Shown in pieces: positions 33,828 through 41,946 of a stretch of 41,946 nt of DNA; within the stretch, counting starts at the first letter, position 1, and each line of letters opens with the position of its first letter. The notes under the pieces were generated by a model. That model had not been told where the DNA came from. It made no database searches and saw nothing but the letters and a program-made list of their open reading frames with translations. Made by a program: the position numbers and the translations under genes. The DNA comes from a virus. Lineage: Duplodnaviria > Heunggongvirae > Uroviricota > Caudoviricetes. Location of the stretch: the IMG/VR virus record IMGVR_UViG_3300001242_000012. One strand, written 5' to 3'.

Positions 33828-33944
33828 CTAGCTTTGAATTAATAAACTCAAGGATCTGTGTAATACCTACAATGTCATATTTATCCTCAATCTCAATTTG
33901 CAATCCATCATTACGTACTTCTTTCTCTATAGTTTAATATGTAC

Positions 33945-33962
33945 AGGGTGGTCATCCACCCT
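33945..33962. terminator. terminator-like hairpin after nrdD
   Basis: AGGGTGG-TCAT-CCACCCT. Confidence 0.55.
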
Positions 33963-33969
33963 AGAGTTG

Positions 33970-36063
33970 TTAATTATGAATTATTCTTGCCTTTAATTCG
34001 GCTGTTTTCCCGTCTCCGAACTTATCTACAGAACTGAGGTATCCAGTTACGCGCCTAATACGTTTAATATCAGAACTGCCACACTTCGGGCATTCTCTCT
34101 CATCAATTACATCATCGTATCCACAGGTACCACAATGATCAATTGGAAAGTTGATTCCCATGTAGCCCATGTCGCAACTGGCAGCATGCAGCACTAACTG
34201 CATTATGGCTTCAGGATTATGAGTTGGAGCAGACTCAAGCTCTACATAACTTATGTGACCTGCATCACAAAATTTATGGAATGGTCCTTCGAGCTTAAGC
34301 TTATTAAACATACTGATTCCATAATCAGGTGGTATGTGATATGAGTTTACGTAATATCCTTTATCTGTCACACCAGGTATATCTCCGTATTTCTCTTTAT
34401 CAATTGATATGAACCTACCCGACAATCCTTCAGCTGGAGTAGCTATAGTAGTAAAATTAAGATGGTGTCTCTGAGTCATTTCCTTAACCTTAAGCGCTAT
34501 ATACTCTGCTAGATTTAAAGCATCAGCGTGTGATTGCTCATCTTCACCATGATGTTTACCATTAAGTAACTGTAAAACTTCAGCTATACCAATATATCCG
34601 ATAGCTAATGTCCCATGCTTTGTGGCTTCTTCAATGGTATCTTCATCCTTTAGGTTCTCGCTACCCATATATAGGTGTTGACCCATCAGGAATGGGAGAT
34701 CTTTAACTCTCAGCTTACTAGTCACTTCATATCTATGGAGTAGTTGTTCTTCGCATAGGGCGATTAATTTATCTAAAAGTTTATAGAACTTCTTCCAGTT
34801 GCCTTTAGCCTCAATCGCTAGCCTAGGAAGATTCATAGTTACGAAGCCAATATTACCGCGTGTGTGTGCTATTGCTTCACCATTCACGTTAGCTTGAACT
34901 CTTGAGCGACATCCCATATAGCTTGGCATTATCCCATAAGGCTTATTTATGGTCATATCCATGAAGCTGAATGTAGGATTCATTCTCTTAGCAGCTACTT
35001 CACATGCTAACTTGAACAAATCATAATTACGATCTCCAGGCGACATGTTAATGCCTTCCTTCAGTCTGAAAATAAGATTTGGGAATAATGGGATTTCACC
35101 ACGTCCTAGTCCAGCTTTGAATGCCTTAAGTAACATTTCAGACACTAACCTACCTTCAGGCGTCGTATCACAACCAAAGTTTATTGAACTGAAGGGACAT
35201 TGATTCCCTGCCCTACTATGCATGCTGTTAAGGTTATATACAAAGCCTTCCATAGCCTGGTAAACTTCATTTCTTATTTCTTCACGTCTTGCTTGCCTAT
35301 GTTCGTAAACTTCCATAGAATTTCCCATCGTATACATAGGAGGCTTAATTCTTGCAACACTTGCATAACCTTCAGGAACATGCGGAGCCATGTACGTATC
35401 GAACTGGTCAAATGATTGACCACCGTACATGTCATTCTGGTTACACTGTAATATGATAGCAGCTAATGCGGCAGCAGACCCAATTCTTTTGGGTGGCCTA
35501 ATGTAACCACGTCCAGCATCAAATCCCTTCTTAAGAACTTCACCTAAATCAATCTGGAGACAGTTGATTGTTTTCTCCAGATAATCTAGGTCATGTATAT
35601 GGATAGCACCTGATGCATGAGCTTTAGCTATGTGTTTAGGCATCTTAGAGAGGTTGTGCTTCTTACTAGCTGCTGAACCGATTTGAAGCATCTTTGACGA
35701 AGGACTATTACCTATATTCGCATTGTCACGTGTTGTTTCCTTAGTGATCTTAGATATAGTCTTCATCAAATCTGATTCGACATCTCTTATTTCATCTCTT
35801 TCATTGCGGAAGTTGATATAAGAAGCAACAACATCATACATCTTATTGTCTATTAGCTTCTTCACTGTCAGATCATATAGATCAATTGCCTTAATATCAG
35901 GAATCAACTTAGCTTCTTCAATGATTTCATTTGTCATGGATTGAGCTAAGTCTTCGTTGATACTCTCAGTATCTTGCATTGCTGAGAGTATTCCATTTAG
36001 AATTTTACTAGAGTTGAATGTCCGATTACGTCCATCCCTTTTAGTTATACTATTTGGATACAC
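33970..36063 (-). CDS. nrdD: anaerobic (class III) ribonucleoside-triphosphate reductase with ATP cone
   Basis: ATP cone, IHIHDLDY, MYGGQ, YMGCRS, ATPAEG, C..C...CP.C, RRVTGYL glycyl loop. Confidence 0.97.
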   Translation of the reverse strand: MYPNSITKRDGRNRTFNSSKILNGILSAMQDTESINEDLAQSMTNEIIEEAKLIPDIKAIDLYDLTVKKLIDNKMYDVVASYINFRNERDEIRDVESDLMKTISKITKETTRDNANIGNSPSSKMLQIGSAASKKHNLSKMPKHIAKAHASGAIHIHDLDYLEKTINCLQIDLGEVLKKGFDAGRGYIRPPKRIGSAAALAAIILQCNQNDMYGGQSFDQFDTYMAPHVPEGYASVARIKPPMYTMGNSMEVYEHRQARREEIRNEVYQAMEGFVYNLNSMHSRAGNQCPFSSINFGCDTTPEGRLVSEMLLKAFKAGLGRGEIPLFPNLIFRLKEGINMSPGDRNYDLFKLACEVAAKRMNPTFSFMDMTINKPYGIMPSYMGCRSRVQANVNGEAIAHTRGNIGFVTMNLPRLAIEAKGNWKKFYKLLDKLIALCEEQLLHRYEVTSKLRVKDLPFLMGQHLYMGSENLKDEDTIEEATKHGTLAIGYIGIAEVLQLLNGKHHGEDEQSHADALNLAEYIALKVKEMTQRHHLNFTTIATPAEGLSGRFISIDKEKYGDIPGVTDKGYYVNSYHIPPDYGISMFNKLKLEGPFHKFCDAGHISYVELESAPTHNPEAIMQLVLHAASCDMGYMGINFPIDHCGTCGYDDVIDERECPKCGSSDIKRIRRVTGYLSSVDKFGDGKTAELKARIIHN

Positions 36064-36078
36064 TGTATCACTCCTTGG

Positions 36079-39000
36079 CTATGCCATCTTGTTGACCCTC
36101 TTAGGGATATATATTTCTCTCACTACAAGACCTGCCTTATCCTTTACCAGCTTAATCTTTGCGATTAAGCCTGGAGCGATCTCTCCCCTGCATGTAGCAT
36201 AAACCTTGGTGAATATCGTTATTAGTTTCTTTCCTTCAAGCGTTTCTATCTCTACAAACGCCATAGGATCGCCTTTCTTGGTGTTGACTTGTTTAATCTC
36301 CATTATCATTCCAAATACATCGAATGGCTTTCTTTCCTCAATGACATCCCAATTGACTGGTTTGGCCACACTCTGTAATGGATGACCAGAAATAAATGAA
36401 CCTAGCAATGAGTTTTCATATCCAAGTTTTGCTCTTTCATCGAACTTACTTACCTCTTCCGTCATATCAATTTTTTCATCACGATATCTTAAAGCCTCTT
36501 GAAGTATGGCCATACGGTTATTTCCGAACTGATCTAAGGCACCGGATAAAGCTAGCGATGTGATTGTCTTTTTATTAAGTTGACGTTTAGGTAGACTACT
36601 TACTAGATTTTCCAGACTATCAAATGGTTGTGTTTTTGTAATATAGGTAGCTACATTAGGTCCAACATTCATAACAGCTGATAGTGCAAATCTTATAGCA
36701 TCACCATCAATTGTAAATTTGATATCTGATTTATTGATATCTGGAACCAATATCTTAATTCCCATTCTCTTAGCTTCATGAATATATTTTTTAGTTTTAT
36801 CTGAGTTATCAGATGCCACAGTAAGCAATGCACACATAAACTCTAATGGGAAATGAGCTTTAAGATAAGCTGTTTGATAGGCGAGTAATGCATATCCAGT
36901 ACCATGACTTTTATTGAACCCATAAGAAGCAAATCTTTCTATCAGGATAGCTATTTGTTCCGCAATAGCTAGTGGTATGCCATTGGCAATCATACCTGGT
37001 ATACCTTCTTCAGCGCTACCATTAACTAATTTGTCTAACTCTCTAGCCATAATCTCAGGACTTTTCTTACCGATTGATTTACGTAACATATCGGATTGAC
37101 CTGGAGTATAGCCAGCTAGATCAGTAGCTATTTTCATGGTTTGCTCTTGGTAAAGAATAACGCCATAGGTCTCATCTAGAATAGGTTCTAATTCAGGTGT
37201 TAGATACTCTACATTGCGATATCCGTTATAACCAGATATGTAAGTAGGAATCAGCTTTAACGGTCCAGGACGGTAGAGGCTTATTCCAGCTACTAATGCT
37301 CCAAAGGTTACATTATTCAACTCTTTGAAAATATGTTGCATTCCTTCTGACTCAAGCTGGAACACACCAACAGTCTTCCCACTAGATATTAAATCTAAGG
37401 TCTTCTTATCTCTCAGAGGTAAATTATCAAGATCAAGTCTATAGCCATACCTCTCATTTATCAGGTCAATAGCTATCTTCATAATAGTTAATGTCTTGAG
37501 TCCAAGAAGATCTATTTTCAGGCAACCTAAATCTTCGATAGTATTCTTATCGAATTGACTTAGGGCTTCACCTTCTTTACCTCTAGCTAGTGGAAAGTAT
37601 TTTACTAATTCATCTGGTGTAACTACAACTCCAGCAGCATGAGTACCGGCTTGTCTTGGTAATCCTTCAAGTTCTCTTGCTAATTCAAATAGTTCTGGAT
37701 ATGCTATCTCTGCTTCGGCTATCTCATGTATCTCATGTACAGCCTGATCAATAGTATATGGTTTACCCTCAATGACTGGTATTGATTTAGTTAAGGCATT
37801 GATTATATCAAAGTCAATATCTAATATTCTACCAGCATCTTTGAGTACCATTCTACTTAACATACTGCCAAAAGTAATGATTTGGCATACGTTATTAGTA
37901 CCATACTTGTCCGATAAGTACTGAATTATCTCTTCTCTACGTTCATCCATGATATCTACATCAATATCTGGCATAGATGGGCGATCTGGATTAATGAATC
38001 TTTCGAACAGAAGGCCATGAGCTAATGGATCAACATTAGTTATTTTTAATACATAAGACACTAAAGAGCCAGCAGCACTTCCCCTACCTGGACCTACATA
38101 AATACCTCTACTTTTAGCTTCATTAACGAAATCCTGAACAATTAAGAAATAACCTGATAGATCCTTACCATTAATTACACTTAATTCATACTCAAGTCTC
38201 TCAGAGTAAAAGCAAATATCGGTAACATCTATATTTGTTTCCATAGCCCTTTGAAACAATCCATCTTGACAAAGTTTAGATAGATAAGTGTTTAATGTAT
38301 AGCCTTCTGGAACAATAAACTCAGGCATGTGGAAAGTACCCATGGGAATTGTTATATTACACATTTCAGCTATTGCTTGTGTGTTGTCTAACGCCTCTTG
38401 AGGCATTCCCATTGATAGCATTTCTTCTTCTGATTTAAGCCATGCATGAGCGTATATTGACTCCCATCTATCTTCTCCTTTGCTCTTTGCACTTCCTAGT
38501 ATAGTAAAGTTCTTATGTATTTTACCATCTTCTTGAAGTACGAAGTGGGTATCACAGGTGGCTACTAATGGAATTTTAGTTTCTTCACTAAGCTGTTTAA
38601 GTAGTTCATTTACTATGGCTTGCTCAGGTATGTTATTTGCTTGTATCTCAAGAAAGTATCCATTGAATGTATCTCTATACCCAAATGCAAGTTCCTTTGC
38701 TTCTTCATACTCTCCACGTAATAGTAACTGTGGCACTTCGCCAGCAAGACATCCAGATAGAGCTATAATTCCACTACTATATTGTTGTAGTAGATTAAAA
38801 TCTACTCTGGGTTTATAGTAAAAACCCTTTAACATACTTAGAGACACCAAACGACGAAGGTTTTCATGTCCTTCGTCGTTCATAGCTAGTAATACCAAGT
38901 GACAATTATCATAAGGGAGTTCGGATAATAATGCTTTATCCTTGACTGTATGATCTTTAGTAACATACATTTCACAGCCGATAATTGGTTTAATGCCAAT

Positions 39001-39168
39001 TTCTTGGCAGGCTTTGTAATGCTCTATTGTCCCATACATCACTCCATGATCAGTGATGGCTATAGCAGTTTGACCCATTTCACTAGCTCTTCTTGCAAGT
39101 TTCTTGGGTCTTCCTAGTCCATCAAGTAGACTATAACAGGTGTGTACATGAAGATGTACAAATGCCAT
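36079..39168 (-). CDS. dnaE: DNA polymerase III alpha subunit
   Basis: PHP (HLHVHT.YSLLDG, AITDHG), GPGRGSAAGS, FERF.NP.R.SMPDIDVD, FNKSH, C-terminal OB fold. Confidence 0.97.
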   Translation of the reverse strand: MAFVHLHVHTCYSLLDGLGRPKKLARRASEMGQTAIAITDHGVMYGTIEHYKACQEIGIKPIIGCEMYVTKDHTVKDKALLSELPYDNCHLVLLAMNDEGHENLRRLVSLSMLKGFYYKPRVDFNLLQQYSSGIIALSGCLAGEVPQLLLRGEYEEAKELAFGYRDTFNGYFLEIQANNIPEQAIVNELLKQLSEETKIPLVATCDTHFVLQEDGKIHKNFTILGSAKSKGEDRWESIYAHAWLKSEEEMLSMGMPQEALDNTQAIAEMCNITIPMGTFHMPEFIVPEGYTLNTYLSKLCQDGLFQRAMETNIDVTDICFYSERLEYELSVINGKDLSGYFLIVQDFVNEAKSRGIYVGPGRGSAAGSLVSYVLKITNVDPLAHGLLFERFINPDRPSMPDIDVDIMDERREEIIQYLSDKYGTNNVCQIITFGSMLSRMVLKDAGRILDIDFDIINALTKSIPVIEGKPYTIDQAVHEIHEIAEAEIAYPELFELARELEGLPRQAGTHAAGVVVTPDELVKYFPLARGKEGEALSQFDKNTIEDLGCLKIDLLGLKTLTIMKIAIDLINERYGYRLDLDNLPLRDKKTLDLISSGKTVGVFQLESEGMQHIFKELNNVTFGALVAGISLYRPGPLKLIPTYISGYNGYRNVEYLTPELEPILDETYGVILYQEQTMKIATDLAGYTPGQSDMLRKSIGKKSPEIMARELDKLVNGSAEEGIPGMIANGIPLAIAEQIAILIERFASYGFNKSHGTGYALLAYQTAYLKAHFPLEFMCALLTVASDNSDKTKKYIHEAKRMGIKILVPDINKSDIKFTIDGDAIRFALSAVMNVGPNVATYITKTQPFDSLENLVSSLPKRQLNKKTITSLALSGALDQFGNNRMAILQEALRYRDEKIDMTEEVSKFDERAKLGYENSLLGSFISGHPLQSVAKPVNWDVIEERKPFDVFGMIMEIKQVNTKKGDPMAFVEIETLEGKKLITIFTKVYATCRGEIAPGLIAKIKLVKDKAGLVVREIYIPKRVNKMA

Positions 39169-39191
39169 TTGGCCTCATTCCTTATTTAAGT

Positions 39192-39602
39192 TTATTCTGT
39201 TGCAGTACAGTTTACAAGAGGATAGATTTCTCCACATGCTATCGTGTTACTATAGTTTCCAATTTTTTCTTTCTTATTCTTGGATACATAGACACGACCT
39301 TTGGCGATTACGACCATACCCTTCTCAAACTTGTGTTTCTCATTATAGATGTCATATATTTGATCGATAAACATTAATTCCGTTTGTCCTACAGCATCAT
39401 CTAATATGATATTCACAACGCACCTTGTTTCATCTTTGCCTTCCCCAAAGGTATTTCCTCCAAAGAAAGACTGCCAATTCTGAATTTCTACAATCTCTCC
39501 GCCTACACACACTTCGTCACCATGCTTAAACTTAAGTGGTACGGCTGCACTGAATGCAGTAACCCATGGCTTTAATTGTTCAATGATTTTTGAATCAACC
39601 AT
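39192..39602 (-). CDS. stand-alone OB-fold protein resembling the DnaE OB domain
   Basis: V.VGG.I..I...II.LDD..G..E...F...Y......KGMVVI.KG.V. Confidence 0.65.
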   Translation of the reverse strand: MVDSKIIEQLKPWVTAFSAAVPLKFKHGDEVCVGGEIVEIQNWQSFFGGNTFGEGKDETRCVVNIILDDAVGQTELMFIDQIYDIYNEKHKFEKGMVVIAKGRVYVSKNKKEKIGNYSNTIACGEIYPLVNCTATE

Positions 39603-39621
39603 TAGGTCATTCCTTCCTTCA

Positions 39622-40116
39622 TTAGTTAGCTACTTTCAATTTGACTGGCCTTCTGCCAAAGTCATTTGCAATACTTTCTTCTACAAAAATATCTATTCTG
39701 GAACCACGTATGAGCCCGCCTGTATCTTCAGCTATGTATGTTCCGGATATACCTGGATAGTCAGAAACTATTTTCAATTTAGATCCTAACGGAATTACTT
39801 TAGGATCAACAGCAACTGTTCTATTGACTTTAGGCCAAGTGCCAGTTTTAGTTTTTTGTCCTGTCCATGTATAGGCAGTGGCTATAAAACTTGAGTTGCC
39901 TCTGGAAGGCTGAGCTTTAAGAGTACGAGATTCTCTAGCTTTCTGAAGCTGAGACTGAGTATCTCTCAGTCTTCTATTCACCTCTTCGAGTTTTTGTTTT
40001 GTTATAGACAATTCTTCTTTTATTCTGGTCGTATCATTAATAAGAATAACGAGAGATATAATAAAGGAGACTAACAGTAATAGAATGAGTAGGATCAACT
40101 TTCCATTTGAGTTCAT
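39622..40116 (-). CDS. membrane-anchored 3D-domain (peptidoglycan-active) protein
   Basis: ATAYT, VAVDP.VIPLGS, AEDTGG.I.G..IDIF. Confidence 0.9.
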   Translation of the reverse strand: MNSNGKLILLILLLLVSFIISLVILINDTTRIKEELSITKQKLEEVNRRLRDTQSQLQKARESRTLKAQPSRGNSSFIATAYTWTGQKTKTGTWPKVNRTVAVDPKVIPLGSKLKIVSDYPGISGTYIAEDTGGLIRGSRIDIFVEESIANDFGRRPVKLKVAN

Positions 40117-40189
40117 ATATCCACCTTTCTACTAATTAAGAGAGGCCGTAGCCTCTCCTAGTATTAGAGTAGATGTAAATTACATATAT

Positions 40190-40218
40190 ATTATAACATG
40201 CAATCACGTATCTTTCAA
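40190..40218 (-). promoter_or_regulatory. sigma-A-type promoter
   Basis: TTGAAA-17 bp-TATAAT. Confidence 0.8.
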
Positions 40219-40916
40219 GCATTTGTTTCCTGCTCATCTAATATTTTATTCACCAATAGGTCCACCTCAGCGTTCTCTTCTCTAGGTACATGCCTTATGG
40301 TAAAGTTAGGAAGTCGCTTTGATAATAATCTTGCCCTATTCCTAAGCTTTACAAGATGAGGTGCCCTAGTAGCATTAGTGCCATTAATTTGCTGGACAAC
40401 TACATTACTGTCACTTAAGAATATAATATTAGGAGCAGTGATCTCCTTCTCAATCAGGTATTCAAGAGAGCTAATCAAGGACATATATTCAGCCACATTA
40501 CTAGTAGCTCGCGCTACAGATGCGTCGTCAATTCCACTCTTCGGGATAATGATGTGTGAGCCAATATATTCCGCATACCTTGTTATCTCATTTCCATCAC
40601 CGTAAATGATAAAAGCAAGTGCAGACTTATTGTCTATATCTGGATTATCATTTCCTCTGGCAGCACCATCTATTCTTATAATTAATTCTTTGTGAGAGAA
40701 ACGGATACCAAGTTCTTCCTTTATGTCATTGAGTATTTTGTCAGGATCATCGCCATTAAGTTTTATTTGGACAAGTAGACTTGTAAGCCCATCTTTGGCT
40801 ACAGTCCACTTCTCCAACTTCTTTCCCGGCATTCCATGTTTTACTTCGCCAACATGTAGACGTTCAACATACATACGGATAAGATCATAAGCCATTTCAC
40901 GGGAGATAGTGTACAT
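40215..40916 (-). CDS. rnhA: RNase HI-like protein with N-terminal extension
   Basis: IDGAARGN, NVAEY, SDS.VVVQQ, HVPREEN..VD. Confidence 0.85.
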   Translation of the reverse strand: MYTISREMAYDLIRMYVERLHVGEVKHGMPGKKLEKWTVAKDGLTSLLVQIKLNGDDPDKILNDIKEELGIRFSHKELIIRIDGAARGNDNPDIDNKSALAFIIYGDGNEITRYAEYIGSHIIIPKSGIDDASVARATSNVAEYMSLISSLEYLIEKEITAPNIIFLSDSNVVVQQINGTNATRAPHLVKLRNRARLLSKRLPNFTIRHVPREENAEVDLLVNKILDEQETNA

Positions 40917-41573
40917 CTATCCCTTTTCACTTTTGCAAAACGATATCAGAGGCTCTAAGAATAGATTAGCCGTGTGAAATGATGCCTTCATCGGAGCATC
41001 AAGTACCATTGATGGAAGTGGCCCAAGTTCTTTTCTGATACATTCAATAAATCTTGCATAAAGTTCTGACATGATTATTTTGATCTGTTGTGAAAGTTGA
41101 TTATCAGGTTCTGCCTTGGCCATGATATCCAATAACTCTTGTGGATAGTTTTCTTTCGGAATATAAATACCAACTGTTAAATCCAGAAGATACAGGATAT
41201 TATTACAGTATAGCTTTCCATAGCTACCTATGATGTTATCAATAAGTTCTTGGGGCACATGCATATGATTTAGCTGTATCAAGTTAATTGACAATACTCC
41301 GTCCATTGAATCTACAATAATTCTTCTTATTGGACTAAGTTTCTCTCTTATTGTGCTAAGTGTGCGGTCACATTTGCATTTATCATTGCAGTTGCCGTCA
41401 CATCCCATCCAGCGAATGTAGGATTCACTTGGCGCATCAGGTTTTTTCTCGGTATTGACAAACAACTTGTCAATACCTACTACTTCCTTGATGCTCTCGG
41501 CTTTTAGCTCATTCTCATGGACTGGTTTCGGCTTAAACAAGTTTTCGATTGCATCTTCAAAATTTTCAGGCAT
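40917..41573 (-). CDS. hypothetical protein
   Basis: ORF with AGGAGG RBS. Confidence 0.7.
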   Translation of the reverse strand: MPENFEDAIENLFKPKPVHENELKAESIKEVVGIDKLFVNTEKKPDAPSESYIRWMGCDGNCNDKCKCDRTLSTIREKLSPIRRIIVDSMDGVLSINLIQLNHMHVPQELIDNIIGSYGKLYCNNILYLLDLTVGIYIPKENYPQELLDIMAKAEPDNQLSQQIKIIMSELYARFIECIRKELGPLPSMVLDAPMKASFHTANLFLEPLISFCKSEKG

Positions 41574-41583
41574 AAAGTCCTCC

Positions 41584-41880
41584 TTATTTTACTTTTAACA
41601 GCCCATATCTACACTCGAACATCCCATTTACTAATCTGCCTTTAGCAGATCCTCCATACTGTTCTTCTGTGTAGCCCTTAGCATCTTTAGTAGCAATAAA
41701 CTCTGTATTATCCCATACGATTGCCATTTCGATATTTGGGTCTTCTTGGACTGCGATGAGTTTTCCATTTGCGTCCTTAATGATCTTTGTCTTACTTTCA
41801 CCTGATGACTGTGTTTCTATATTAGTAGCCATCATTTCAACTGCTTCAGTACCGAGTATAGCAAGTAACTCGGATGACAT
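41584..41880 (-). CDS. hypothetical protein
   Basis: ORF track. Confidence 0.65.
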   Translation of the reverse strand: MSSELLAILGTEAVEMMATNIETQSSGESKTKIIKDANGKLIAVQEDPNIEMAIVWDNTEFIATKDAKGYTEEQYGGSAKGRLVNGMFECRYGLLKVK

Positions 41881-41946
41881 ACGAGCAATTATTTGTTTAT
41901 TATTAACCCTGACAAAAGAGTCAATCTTAAACTTTGGGTGTTCTGT

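Noticed and set aside
250-40605. Plus-strand ORFs of the track
   Set aside because: They are antisense shadows of well-supported minus-strand genes or tRNAs, without recognisable motifs
1-41946. Stop-codon reassignment or inteins/introns in replication genes
   Set aside because: Conserved genes are full length in the standard code and end in TAA, TAG or TGA; DnaE, NrdD, RecA and PcrA have normal lengths

Overview
A 42-kb segment of a large, AT-rich dsDNA phage genome. The host is probably an anaerobic Firmicute, judging by GGAGG ribosome-binding sites, sigma-A-type promoters, nrdD/nrdG and a 3D-domain gene. Essentially all real genes lie on the minus strand and read in the standard genetic code. 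About 1-20 kb is an accessory region: clpP, two large paralogous families of small proteins, 12 conventional tRNAs and many tRNA-derived RNAs. About 20-42 kb is a replication and nucleotide-metabolism module (UDG, primase, dUTPase, PcrA/UvrD, ThyX, RecA, SSB, NrdG, NADAR, NrdD, DnaE, RNase H). The most striking features are non-coding. (1) A Ro60/TROVE gene (7153-8769) is flanked by eight copies of a covarying stem element. Four carry circularly permuted tRNA modules (YrlA-type Y RNA architecture) and four are short and tRNA-less. (2) A 330-nt RNA (405-734) has ends that rebuild the 23S rRNA L11-binding GTPase-associated centre around a ~265-nt insert. (3) Several further tRNA-like RNAs keep the acceptor/T arms but have shrunken, expanded or missing anticodon arms. 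RNA structures were folded by eye. Family names come from motif recognition, not from database searches.
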